This document shows, in pieces, positions 9,172-18,197 of a stretch of 64,000 nt of DNA (position 1 is the first letter of the stretch; each line of letters starts with the position of its first letter). Both the position numbers and the translations under genes were made by a program. The stretch is from positions 256,001 to 320,000 of the forward strand of contig CAVXGR010000017.1 of assembly GCA_963761335.1 (NCBI GenBank), read 5' to 3'. The DNA is from an uncultured delta proteobacterium. Its GTDB lineage: Bacteria; Desulfobacterota; Binatia; HRBIN30; BPIQ01. The notes under the pieces were generated by a model that saw only the letters and a list, made by a program, of their open reading frames with translations, had not been told where the DNA came from and made no database searches.

Positions 9172-10556
9172 GCCCCGGCGGGAAGCGCGCGGCGCAAGAG
9201 GGCGACGTAGGGCGCCGGCAGGTGGTGCTGCTCGCCCCAACCGCCGAGCACCTGGGCGGTGAGCTGATCGAGATCGCTGCGCCGGCAGAGGACCTCGCGT
9301 TCGACGTACTCGAGCAGCGGCGGCAGCGCCCCGCCGCGAGCCCGCGCCCGGGCGACGGCGAGGTGCAGGACGGCCAGCGTCTCGGCCACCGTGCCGACGC
9401 ACTCGAAGGGACGGTGCTCGCCCAGCCCGAGGAGCTGCGCGGTGAGCGGAATCAGCTCGGTGCCGCCGAAGAGATCCTCGCCGAAGATGCCGGCCAGCTC
9501 CTCGGGCTCGAGGAACGGATAGAGGGCGGCGTAGATGAACAGACACTTCGGGCAGCGGCGGCACCAGGAGTTGTCGCGCTGGCCGCGATTGCAGCTGCGG
9601 AAGGCCGCGAAGTACTCGGGGTAACGGCTGAAGATGCGCGCGATCTGCACCTCGTAGAGCGGCCGCAGCAGGCTGAAGTAGTCGATCCCCGGAGCCAGAT
9701 AGGTGCTCGCATAGTCGCGGAACACGGCCTCGAAGCGAGAGCTCTTCGAGTACTGGTGATTGACGCCCGCGCCGAGAAAGGTGGCGTAGGCCTCGTCGCA
9801 GCTGCGCTCGTTGGAGGCGATGACGGTGCCGTAGCCGACGAGGGCGGCGACGGTCACGCCCAGGGTGGCGAGGAAGGCGGAGAACGGGGTGTGCCCGTTG
9901 AGATATCCCGCCTCGTTCAGCTCCAGAAGGCGGCGATCGATGGTGCGCTGCACCCGCACCGGCGCGATGCAGCCTGCGGCGCGCGCCAGCGCCTCGGCGG
10001 CGGGAGTGGGATTGAGCAGCAGGCAGCCAAAGTCGAGGCCGCTCTGGCGCAGCAGCTGCAGGCTCACCGCCGAGTCCTTGCCGCCGCTCACCAGCACCAG
10101 CGCCGGTCCGCCGGGAGTCCCGCGGCGCGCCGCCGGCAGGGCGCGCTCGGCGCTCGAGCGGATGCGGACGAAGTCGGGGCGGGTGAAGTCGATGCCGTTC
10201 ACATAGAAGAACTCGCCCATGCCGTGGCGCAGCAGATCGCCGAGCCAGGCAATCTGTGCCGCCTCGAGCGCGGCAGCGCGGACATCGATCAGCGGGCTGC
10301 AGGCTGCCTTCCAATAGCTCAGCATCTCGATGAGGCCGAGATGGAAGACGAGGTTGTCGACCGCTTCGGGACCCAGGCGATCGATGGCCTCGGGCCGGAC
10401 CGAGGCGATCGCCGTCTGCGGAGCGAAGCGGATGTCGGGCTCGACGCGAAAGTCGAAGCGCATCCGCAGGGCATCGTCTCGCTGCTCCCAGGCGAAGGAT
10501 TCGTAGGAGAAGGTCGGATGGGCCCGGCGGAGATCGTCGGCGCGAGAGCGGTTCAT
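9168..10556 (-). CDS. murL: MurL-like UDP-MurNAc-L-Ala-L-Glu epimerase
   Basis: SYWKA, PP-loop SGGKDS, LNGHTPFS, SNERS, VNHQYSKS..FE, YFSLLRP, FRSCN, WC..CPKC.F, PFECVG. Confidence 0.8.
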   Translation of the reverse strand: MNRSRADDLRRAHPTFSYESFAWEQRDDALRMRFDFRVEPDIRFAPQTAIASVRPEAIDRLGPEAVDNLVFHLGLIEMLSYWKAACSPLIDVRAAALEAAQIAWLGDLLRHGMGEFFYVNGIDFTRPDFVRIRSSAERALPAARRGTPGGPALVLVSGGKDSAVSLQLLRQSGLDFGCLLLNPTPAAEALARAAGCIAPVRVQRTIDRRLLELNEAGYLNGHTPFSAFLATLGVTVAALVGYGTVIASNERSCDEAYATFLGAGVNHQYSKSSRFEAVFRDYASTYLAPGIDYFSLLRPLYEVQIARIFSRYPEYFAAFRSCNRGQRDNSWCRRCPKCLFIYAALYPFLEPEELAGIFGEDLFGGTELIPLTAQLLGLGEHRPFECVGTVAETLAVLHLAVARARARGGALPPLLEYVEREVLCRRSDLDQLTAQVLGGWGEQHHLPAPYVALLRRALPAGA

Positions 10557-10608
10557 GGGCGGGGACTGGCGCCTGTGATATCGGCCCGGCCCGGTGCTGT
10601 CCAGCCAG

Positions 10609-10675
10609 GGGGACAGGCATCTTTTCGGCGGCGAATGCCTGTGCGCCAGACGACCAGCTTGCCGCGCCGAAAAGA
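10609..10675. repeat. Palindromic REP-like element (GGGGACAGGCAT..ATGCCTGT; TCTTTTCGGCG..CGCCGAAAAGA)
   Basis: Inverted repeats visible upstream of murL. Confidence 0.5.
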
Positions 10676-10718
10676 AGCCTGCTTCGAAAATCTATTGGGT
10701 ACGCTTCGGGGACGCGTT

Positions 10719-10860
10719 CCCTCTCCCGCATTACTGGCAGAGGGTCAGGGTGAGGGTGCCGATCTCTGTGGAAGGCCGTGGACATTCACGAGCCTTCAGT
10801 GAGACAGGAACCCCTCACCTTGATCCTCTCCCCGCGGAAAGATGCGGGGAGAGGAGACCC
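10719..10860. repeat. REP-like doublet (CCCTCTCCC..GAGGG..GGGTGAGGG / CCCCTCACC..CCTCTCCCC..GGGGAGAGG)
   Basis: Two inverted copies of a hairpin motif. Confidence 0.65.
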
Positions 10861-11021
10861 GCCCCCGCGGCGCGGAACTATCATCGCAAGCGTCTAATCA
10901 GTGAATCAGGACGCCGTCCATTTTCATCGTCTGCTGGTGAGCCGAAAGGGCTCATGACGCACTGCTTCGAAAGTCTGTTGGGTGAGGTCTGGCCGAGCCC
11001 CGGCGCTTGGCGTGGAGCTTA

Positions 11022-11292
11022 TCGCCCCGGAGAGGCGCGGGCATGTAGCCCCGGGTGCCAACCCGGGGACCGCGTTGCGATTGGCCCAGATCAGCGCCCC
11101 GGAGGGGCGCAGGCGTAGAGGCCGCGTGAATCACCTCGATGAGCTTCCCACGCACCCAGGGGTGATCATCGGCGTACAGGCGCGGCATCGACGGACATTT
11201 GCCCGCGCCCCTGGCGGGGCGCGTATGACGGACCGCGCATTCTTCCCCGGGTTTCACCTGGGGCTACACGCCACCACCCCTCCGGGGCGAAC
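11022..11292. repeat. Long REP-like inverted-repeat element (CGCCCCGGAG..GGCG..TGTAGCCCCGGGTG..AACCCGGGG / CCCCGGGTTTCACCTGGGGCTACA..CTCCGGGGCGA)
   Basis: Arms are mutually complementary; partial copies at about 44851-44888 and 62118-62145. Confidence 0.7.
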
Positions 11293-11449
11293 TTCAGCCG
11301 GGCGAGGACCCCCAAGTTTCTTACCGGCGCAGATCCCCAGCCTCATTTTCATCGTCTATTGGCGAGCCGCGAGGCTCATGAGGCAGTGTCCCCGCCGCGG
11401 CGGTTCCGGGCGGCCACCTTGACTTTGAGGGGGGCGGTCCACATAGTGG

Positions 11450-12055
11450 ATGCCCAAGGTCAATTATTTCCCCATGAAGCGCCGCGAAAAGCTCACGTTT
11501 TGGGAGAGCATCTATCTCCCGGAGGTGGCCAAGGGGCTGCTGGTGACCACCTACCGGTTCTGGCGCAACCTCTCTCTGCATCTGCTGCACACCGTGGGGC
11601 TGGCCAAGGGGACGCGCGCGGCGATCACCGTGCAGTATCCCGACGAGATCAAGTACTACCCGGACAACTTCCGCGGCAGTCATCGGCTGACTCTCAAGGA
11701 GGACGGCTCGGTCCGCTGCACCTCGTGCTTCCTGTGCGCCACCGCCTGCCCGGCGAACTGCATCTTCATCGAGGCCGGCGAGCACCCCGATCCGAACGTC
11801 GAGAAGTTTCCCCTGCGCTACGAGATCGACACCTTGCGCTGCATCTACTGCGGCTACTGTGTCGAGGCGTGCCCCTGCGATGCGATTCGCATGGACACCT
11901 ACGTTCACCCGAAGAACTGGGGCTACTCGCGGGTCGACTTCATCGAGACGAAAGACGTGCTCATGGGGCGCTCCAGACGGCTTGCCGAGGGCGGCCGCAC
12001 GGCGTTGATGGAAGATCTCCTGGCGGGGTATCGCGAAGCCGAAAGCGCTCCGTGA
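11450..12055 (+). CDS. nuoI: NADH-quinone oxidoreductase subunit I (2x[4Fe-4S]), stand-alone copy
   Basis: TVQYP, FRG.HRL, CTSCFLCATACP, RCIYCGYCVEACPCDAI. Confidence 0.88.
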   Translation: MPKVNYFPMKRREKLTFWESIYLPEVAKGLLVTTYRFWRNLSLHLLHTVGLAKGTRAAITVQYPDEIKYYPDNFRGSHRLTLKEDGSVRCTSCFLCATACPANCIFIEAGEHPDPNVEKFPLRYEIDTLRCIYCGYCVEACPCDAIRMDTYVHPKNWGYSRVDFIETKDVLMGRSRRLAEGGRTALMEDLLAGYREAESAP

Positions 12056-12075
12056 CCACCTGACCAAACCCTGCA

Positions 12076-12339
12076 ATGGGCAAGGTCTCGATCGTTCTGC
12101 TGCTGGCCTCTTCGACGCTGCTGCTGGTGGCCTTTACCAAGGGAGTCGACCTGTTGTACGGCAGCCACGACGCTCAAGCGCACATGTACTGGGCGGTGGC
12201 GGCACTATTTGGATCGCTGGCCGCCAACGTGTTCGCCATCGTGCATGCGGCGCAGAGCGATCGCATCATTCGCGAGCTCAGAGCGGCAAATGGCGGCGGT
12301 CCGGCGGATGCCGGCCGCGAATTGGGCGCACCGCGCTGA
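12076..12339 (+). CDS. Small hypothetical membrane protein (2 TM)
   Basis: Two hydrophobic segments; fills the gap between nuoI and the moeB-like gene. Confidence 0.6.
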   Translation: MGKVSIVLLLASSTLLLVAFTKGVDLLYGSHDAQAHMYWAVAALFGSLAANVFAIVHAAQSDRIIRELRAANGGGPADAGRELGAPR

Positions 12340-12358
12340 GGAGAGTTCGGAGGATCAC

Positions 12359-13552
12359 ATGGCAAAGACATTCAAAGAGCTGATGGAAGAGGCCCGCCGG
12401 CACGTGCCGGAGTGGACCGTCGACGAGGTGCGCAGCCGTACCTCCAACGGCCGCGGTTATACGCTTCTCGACGTTCGCGAGAAGGAGGAGTTCCGCGAGG
12501 GCCATCTCGACGGCGCCATATCGCTGCCGCGCGGTTTTCTCGACATTCGCATCGAGGAGGTGGTCCCCGACAAGTCGGCTCCGGTGATCGCCTATTGCGC
12601 CGGGGGCACGCGCTCGCTGCTGGCGGCGAAGCTCATGAAGGAGATGGGGTACAGCGAGGTGGTCTCGATGAGCGGCGGCTACGGCGCCTGGAAGGGGGCC
12701 GGCCACCCGTGGGTGCAGGATCGACAGTTCACCGCCGATCAGCTCAACCGCTACAGCCGTCATTTCCTGCTTCCGGAGGTCGGCGAGAAAGGCCAGGCGA
12801 AGCTGCTCGACGCCAAGGTGCTGCTCATTGGCGCCGGCGGCCTGGGCTCGCCCTCGGCGTACTACCTCGCCGCCGCCGGCGTCGGCACCCTCGGCCTGGT
12901 GGACCACGACGTGGTCGACGTCAGCAATCTGCAGCGGCAGATCCTGCATACCAACGATCGCGTCGGCATGCCCAAGGTGGAGTCGGCGAAGCAGACGCTG
13001 ACGGCGCTCAACCCGGACATCAAGGTGATCGGCTATCAGGAGCGCCTGTCCTCCGAGAACATCATGCGCCTGATCGCCGACTACGACGTCATCGTCGACG
13101 GCTGTGACAACTTCCCCACCCGCTACCTCATCAACGACGCCTGCGTGATGGCCGGCAAGCCCAACGTGCACGGCAGCATCTTCCAGTTCGAAGGTCAGGC
13201 GACCGTCTTTCATCCGGGACTCGGTCCCTGCTACCGCTGCCTCTTTCCCGAGCCGCCACCTCCCGGCGCCGCTCCCAGCTGTCAGGAAGCGGGTGTCCTC
13301 GGCGTGCTGCCCGGTCTGGTCGGCTGCGTGCAGGCGCTGGAGACGATCAAGCTGATCCTCGGCATCGGCAAGCCCCTGGTCGGCCGCATGGTGTACTTCG
13401 ACACCCTCAGCATGGAGCTGCGCATTCACAAGCTGCGCAAGGATCCGCAGTGCCCGGTTTGCGGGGAGAACCCGACGGTGACCAAGCTGATCGACTATGA
13501 GGAGTTCTGCGGGCTGCGCGCCGGCGCCGGGGGTGCGGCGGCCCACGCGTAG
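12359..13552 (+). CDS. moeB: MoeB/ThiF-family adenylyltransferase with N-terminal rhodanese domain
   Basis: Rhodanese (LLDVRE..E...GH, YCAGGTRS), RYSRHFLL, GAGGLGS, SNLQRQ, CYRC, CPVC; RBS GGAGG. Confidence 0.9.
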   Translation: MAKTFKELMEEARRHVPEWTVDEVRSRTSNGRGYTLLDVREKEEFREGHLDGAISLPRGFLDIRIEEVVPDKSAPVIAYCAGGTRSLLAAKLMKEMGYSEVVSMSGGYGAWKGAGHPWVQDRQFTADQLNRYSRHFLLPEVGEKGQAKLLDAKVLLIGAGGLGSPSAYYLAAAGVGTLGLVDHDVVDVSNLQRQILHTNDRVGMPKVESAKQTLTALNPDIKVIGYQERLSSENIMRLIADYDVIVDGCDNFPTRYLINDACVMAGKPNVHGSIFQFEGQATVFHPGLGPCYRCLFPEPPPPGAAPSCQEAGVLGVLPGLVGCVQALETIKLILGIGKPLVGRMVYFDTLSMELRIHKLRKDPQCPVCGENPTVTKLIDYEEFCGLRAGAGGAAAHA

Positions 13553-13649
13553 ATCGCAGCGTTGCGGCGGCCGCCGCAACGCTGCCGCGGGCGAAGCGGC
13601 GCCGGCCGCCCACGGCGTTCTCGATGGCCGGCGCAGAAGCGGAGAGACC

Positions 13650-15080
13650 ATGCCTCGCCTGCATATGGGGGTCCGCGAGGAATGCGGCGTCTTTGGCGTG
13701 TTCGGCATTCCCGACGCCGCGCGCCTCACCTTTCTCGGGCTCTACGCGCTGCAACATCGCGGCCAGGAATCGAGCGGCATGGTGGTCGGCGACGGCGACA
13801 TCTGGCAGCGGCGCGCCGCCATGGGACTGGTGGATCAGGTCTATGATCAGCGGCAGCTGGCCGGCTGGACGGGCGACGTCGCCATCGGCCACAACCGCTA
13901 CTCGACGAGCGGCACCACGACGCTCGACAACGCCCAGCCGCTGCTGCTGGAGAGCGGCGGCATGCCGCTGGCCCTCTGCCACAACGGCAATTTGCTGGAC
14001 GCCGAGTCGCTGCACACCGGCCTCCCCCAGGGAACCTCGGACACGCGCATCCTGGCGGAGGCGGTCGCGGCCCTGGGGCCGGGCCAGGAGGGATGGCTCG
14101 ATCGCCTCGTCCACCTCTTCGCCCGGGTGCGCGGCGCCTACTCGCTGTTGCTGCTGTGCGGCCGCACCCTCTACGCCGTGCGCGATCCCAACGGCTTTCG
14201 GCCGCTCGCCCTGGGCAGGCTGGGCGACGGTTGGGTAGTCGCCTCGGAGTCGTGCGCCTTCGACCTGGTGGGGGCGCACCTCGAGCGCGAGGTGGAGCCC
14301 GGCGAGCTGATTCGCATCGGCGACGCCGGCGTCGAGAGCCGCCGCATCGGCGAGGCACAGCCACATCCGTGCGTCTTCGAGTGGATCTACTTCTCGCGGC
14401 CGGACAGCTTCGTCTTCGGGCGGCCGGTCGGCGAGGTGCGCATCGAGCTCGGCGAGCAGCTGGCGCGTGAAGCGCCGGCGGCGGCCGACGTCGTCGTGCC
14501 CGTGCCCGATTCGGCCAACTTTGCCGCGCTGGGCTACTCGCGGGCCTCCGGGATTCCCGTCGGCCACGGCCTCATCCGCAACCACTACGTCGGCCGCACC
14601 TTCATCGAGCCGGAGCAGACGGCGCGCGATTTCCGCGCCCGCATCAAGTACAACGTCTACGCGCCGGTGGTCAGGGGCAGGCGCGTGGTCCTGGTCGACG
14701 ACTCGTTGGTGCGTGGCACCACCACGCGCGCCCTGACACGCATGCTGCGCGACGCCGGAGCGACGGAGGTGCACATGCGCATCGCCGCGCCGCCGCTGCG
14801 CCATCAGTGCTTCTTTGGGGTCGACATTCCCGACCGCGACCTGCTGATCGCCGCCGGCCGCGACCTGGACGAGATCGCCGCGGCCCTGCACGTCGACAGC
14901 ATCGGCTACGTCTCCATCGACGGCGTCCTGGCGGTGGGCGGCAGCCGGCAGCTCTGTCACGGCTGCTTCTCGGGTCGCTATCCGGTGGCGATTCCCGAGG
15001 CGTCCTTGGACACGCAAATCGATTCTGATAAGCAGCCCGCCGTTCCCGCAGCGCCGCTCGGCGCTTCCGCGGAGCACTGA
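13650..15080 (+). CDS. purF: Amidophosphoribosyltransferase
   Basis: Propeptide then EECGVFG, LQHRGQES, GHNRYST, HNGN, VLVDDSLVRGTT, CFFGVD, CHGCFSGRYP. Confidence 0.92.
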   Translation: MPRLHMGVREECGVFGVFGIPDAARLTFLGLYALQHRGQESSGMVVGDGDIWQRRAAMGLVDQVYDQRQLAGWTGDVAIGHNRYSTSGTTTLDNAQPLLLESGGMPLALCHNGNLLDAESLHTGLPQGTSDTRILAEAVAALGPGQEGWLDRLVHLFARVRGAYSLLLLCGRTLYAVRDPNGFRPLALGRLGDGWVVASESCAFDLVGAHLEREVEPGELIRIGDAGVESRRIGEAQPHPCVFEWIYFSRPDSFVFGRPVGEVRIELGEQLAREAPAAADVVVPVPDSANFAALGYSRASGIPVGHGLIRNHYVGRTFIEPEQTARDFRARIKYNVYAPVVRGRRVVLVDDSLVRGTTTRALTRMLRDAGATEVHMRIAAPPLRHQCFFGVDIPDRDLLIAAGRDLDEIAAALHVDSIGYVSIDGVLAVGGSRQLCHGCFSGRYPVAIPEASLDTQIDSDKQPAVPAAPLGASAEH

Positions 15081-15123
15081 CCATCAAGAGAGAGGATCGG
15101 CGTCGACAGAGCTGCGGGAGAGT

Positions 15124-15399
15124 TTGCCTGAAATGAAGATCACGGTGAAGTTGCACGCGGTTCTGAAGAAGCATCTGGCGGCCGAGACGCAGGGAGTGAC
15201 GACGGTGGAGATCCGGGAGGGAGCGACGGTGCGCGAGCTGATCGAGCGCCTGGGCATCCCGCTGGATCACGCCGGCATGAAGGTCTCGGGGAGCGAGCAA
15301 CTGGAGCTCACCTCGGTGCTGCACGAGGGGCAGGAGGTGAGTCTTTTTCCGCCGCTGGCCGGGGGCATCGACCCGCCGGCGGCGATGCGGCGCGGGTGA
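15124..15399 (+). CDS. MoaD/ThiS-like ubiquitin-fold sulfur carrier (start may be ATG 15133)
   Basis: ITVKLHA.L, TVRELIERLGI, L.EGQEVSLFPPLAGG followed by a 10-aa tail. Confidence 0.8.
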   Translation: MPEMKITVKLHAVLKKHLAAETQGVTTVEIREGATVRELIERLGIPLDHAGMKVSGSEQLELTSVLHEGQEVSLFPPLAGGIDPPAAMRRG

Positions 15400-15447
15400 T
15401 CGTCTTCGCCGCTCGCCGGCGGTGCGCATCGCTCCAGCGGAGGTCAT

Positions 15448-17328
15448 ATGACGACGTCGACTGAACAGGCCCTGTGTGCGCGCGCCGCACAGTTGCGCAT
15501 CGATAGCCTGCGCGCCACCTCGGAAGCGGGCTCGGGACATCCGACCTCGTGCCTGTCGGCCGCCGATCTGATGGCGGCGCTGTTCTTTCACGTCATGCGC
15601 TATCATCCGCGCGACCCGGCCAGCGCCGACAATGATCGCTTCGTTCTCTCCAAGGGGCATGCGGCGCCGATCCTCTACGCCGCCTGGGCCGAGGCGGGGA
15701 GCTTCCCGCGCGAGCATCTGCTGTCCCTGCGCCGTATCGACAGCGATCTCGAGGGGCATCCGACGCCGCGCTTTGCCGGAACCCTGGCGGCGACCGGCTC
15801 CCTCGGCCAGGGGCTCTCGGTCGGTCTGGGTGCCGCCTTCGCCGGGAAGCTCGACAGAGAGGCCTATCGTGTCTTCGTCCTGCTCGGCGACGGGGAGACG
15901 GCGGAGGGGTCGGTGTGGGAGGCGGTGGCGCTGGCGTCGTACTACAAGCTCGACAACCTGGTGGCCATGGTCGACGTCAACGCTCTCGGGCAGAGCCAGC
16001 GCACCATGTACGAGCACGACGTCGAGTCGTACCGCCGCCGCTTCGATTCCTTCGGCTGGCACGCCCAGGCGATCGACGGTCACGACATGAAGGCCATCCT
16101 CGCGGCCTTCGAGGAGGCGCTGGCAGTGCAGGGCAAGCCGGCGGTGATCATCGCGCGCACGCTGAAAGGGAAGGGGGTCTCCTTCGTCGAGGACAAGAAC
16201 GGCTGGCACGGCAAGGCGCTGAAGAAGGGGGAGGAGCTCGAGCGCGCCGTGCGCGAGATCGAGTCCGCCTGCCCGCCGGCCGGCGCCGGTCCCGCCGGTA
16301 TTCCCGCACCGCCGAAGGCGCACGCGACGCGCGGCACGGTCGTCGCCGCAAACACGGGGCGCATGGCGCCGCCGTCCTATGCCGCCGACGCCCAGGTGGC
16401 GACCCGCGAGGCCTACGGCACGGCGCTGGCCAAGCTCGGCAAGGTCGATCCGTCGATCGTCGTGCTCGACGGCGACACCAAGAACTCCACCTTCGCGGAG
16501 CGTTTCCAGGAGGCCGAGCCGCAGCGGTTCTTCGAGGGCTTCATCGCCGAGCAGAACATCGTCGGCGCCGCCGTGGGGATGGGCGCGAGCGGCAAGGTTC
16601 CGTTCCTCTCCACCTTCGCCTGCTTCCTCACCCGCGCCTTCGACCAGATCCGCATGGCGGCGATCTCGCAGGCCAACATCAAGTGTGCCGGCTCACACTG
16701 CGGCGTCTCCATCGGCGAGGACGGCCCTTCGCAGATGGGGCTCGAGGACCTCGCCATGATGCGGGCGATCCCCGACTCGCTGGTGCTGTACCCCGCCGAC
16801 GCCGTCTGCACCGAGCGCCTGGTGGCGGCGGCGGCGCAGCACCAGGGCATCTGCTACCTGCGTCTGTCGCGCCCGAAGACGCCGATCCTGTACGGCGCCG
16901 GCGATGCGTTCCCCATTCCCGGCTCGAAGGTGCTGCGCTCGAGCGAGGCGGATGCACTCACCGTGGTCGCTGCCGGCGTAACCCTGTTCGAGGCGCTCGA
17001 CGCCTACGAGCGGCTGCGGCAGGAGGGCGTCTCCATACGTGTCATCGACGCCTACAGCGTCAAGCCGCTCGACGCCGCGGGGATCCTGGCGGCGGCGCGC
17101 GCCACCAACAACCTCGTGCTCGTCGTCGAGGACCACTACGCCGACGGTGGTCTCGGCGACGCGGTGCTCGCCGGCGTCGCCGCCGAAGGCGTGCGCGTGC
17201 ACAAGCTGGCGGTGCGCCAGGTACCGCGCTCCGGCAAGCCGGCGGAGCTCCTCGACCTCTGCGGCATCAGCGCTCGCGCCATCGTCGAGACGGCCCGCGC
17301 CCTTGCGAGTCGTGGCGCCGCCTCCTGA
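15448..17328 (+). CDS. tkt: Transketolase (single chain, about 620-aa type)
   Basis: SGHPTS, DRFVLSKGHA, TGSLGQG, GDGE..EG..WE, IAEQN, GEDGPSQM. Confidence 0.92.
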   Translation: MTTSTEQALCARAAQLRIDSLRATSEAGSGHPTSCLSAADLMAALFFHVMRYHPRDPASADNDRFVLSKGHAAPILYAAWAEAGSFPREHLLSLRRIDSDLEGHPTPRFAGTLAATGSLGQGLSVGLGAAFAGKLDREAYRVFVLLGDGETAEGSVWEAVALASYYKLDNLVAMVDVNALGQSQRTMYEHDVESYRRRFDSFGWHAQAIDGHDMKAILAAFEEALAVQGKPAVIIARTLKGKGVSFVEDKNGWHGKALKKGEELERAVREIESACPPAGAGPAGIPAPPKAHATRGTVVAANTGRMAPPSYAADAQVATREAYGTALAKLGKVDPSIVVLDGDTKNSTFAERFQEAEPQRFFEGFIAEQNIVGAAVGMGASGKVPFLSTFACFLTRAFDQIRMAAISQANIKCAGSHCGVSIGEDGPSQMGLEDLAMMRAIPDSLVLYPADAVCTERLVAAAAQHQGICYLRLSRPKTPILYGAGDAFPIPGSKVLRSSEADALTVVAAGVTLFEALDAYERLRQEGVSIRVIDAYSVKPLDAAGILAAARATNNLVLVVEDHYADGGLGDAVLAGVAAEGVRVHKLAVRQVPRSGKPAELLDLCGISARAIVETARALASRGAAS

Positions 17329-17337
17329 AGCGAAAGA

Positions 17338-17434
17338 GAGTTATCGGGTTTTCGGGTGATCGAGTTGCCGGGTGGGAAGGCAGACGGAAGGCTTGCGCCT
17401 GCTTCAACCCGACAACTCGATAACCCGACAACCG
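17338..17434. repeat. 8-bp-periodic inverted array (GRGTTRTC-type x5 / GAYAACYC-type x4)
   Basis: Visible between convergent genes; same unit as 40659-40730. Confidence 0.8.
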
Positions 17435-17435
17435 A

Positions 17436-17918
17436 TTAATCGATTGCCTGCGGATCGCTGCGGGCGATCAGGGCGCGGAGCTGCTCGGCGTGGTGCGTCT
17501 CGTCGCGGACCCGGCCGCGGAGGAAATCGGCGAGCTCCGGCTCGTCGTCGCTGAGTTCGGTGGCGTAATCGAGCATGTCGCTGATGGCGGCGCGGTGCGC
17601 CTCCAGGTCGCGCACCAGCCGCCCCCAGTAGTTCAGGGTGCCGGACGGCTCGGGCGTCTTGCGCGCCTCGCCGGCGAAGCCGTCGCGGGCGACGATCTCG
17701 GCGCGCAGGAGATCGGCGAGAACCATCTCGCCCTGCGCCAGGCGCTCGAGCGAGATGCGACCGGACTCGTGCGGGGCGAGCTCGGCGTGCCGCTCCATCT
17801 GCCGCGACCGCTGCACGGCGGCGATGTAGAAGCGGCGCAGCCGAGGAATCGCCTCCTCGCGGGCCTCTTCCTCGTCCTCGCCGATCAGAACCCGGGAGAT
17901 TCTCGACAGAAAGCTCAT
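17436..17918 (-). CDS. Hypothetical protein, ferritin-like four-helix fold suspected
   Basis: Helical acidic ORF with DLEAH and DETHH (ExxH-like) motifs. Confidence 0.6.
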   Translation of the reverse strand: MSFLSRISRVLIGEDEEEAREEAIPRLRRFYIAAVQRSRQMERHAELAPHESGRISLERLAQGEMVLADLLRAEIVARDGFAGEARKTPEPSGTLNYWGRLVRDLEAHRAAISDMLDYATELSDDEPELADFLRGRVRDETHHAEQLRALIARSDPQAID

Positions 17919-17996
17919 GCCGGCGGAGTTACTAGACGGGGGCGGCTCCGGAGTCAAATCGCCGCTGCGGGATGGGCGCTGACCTGCCAGGGCGAA

Positions 17997-18113
17997 GAGA
18001 ATGTAAAATGGAGAACCGTGACCGGTGATGGAGAACCGGCCAACGCGGCGATTCCCCGGGGAGCGTTATCCCGTTCTCCATTGTCGGTCACCGGTTCTCC
18101 ATTTTACATTCTC
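17997..18113. repeat. Long inverted repeat with perfect 21-bp outer arms (GAGAATGTAAAATGGAGAACC)
   Basis: 17997-18017 is the exact reverse complement of 18093-18113; partial copy near 50358-50383. Confidence 0.85.
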
Positions 18114-18197
18114 CTCTTCTCGCCCCCCGGGGGTTTGCCTGCAGCGGAATTTCCGCTACAAGTAGATGCTCATCTCCTGGAGGAGCGTGTTTCCACT

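Noticed and set aside
7753..10785. 1010-aa ORF as one large MurD fusion
   Set aside because: The N-terminal ~538 aa are an off-frame shadow of murL. MurD similarity begins at ATG 9171, which overlaps the murL stop.
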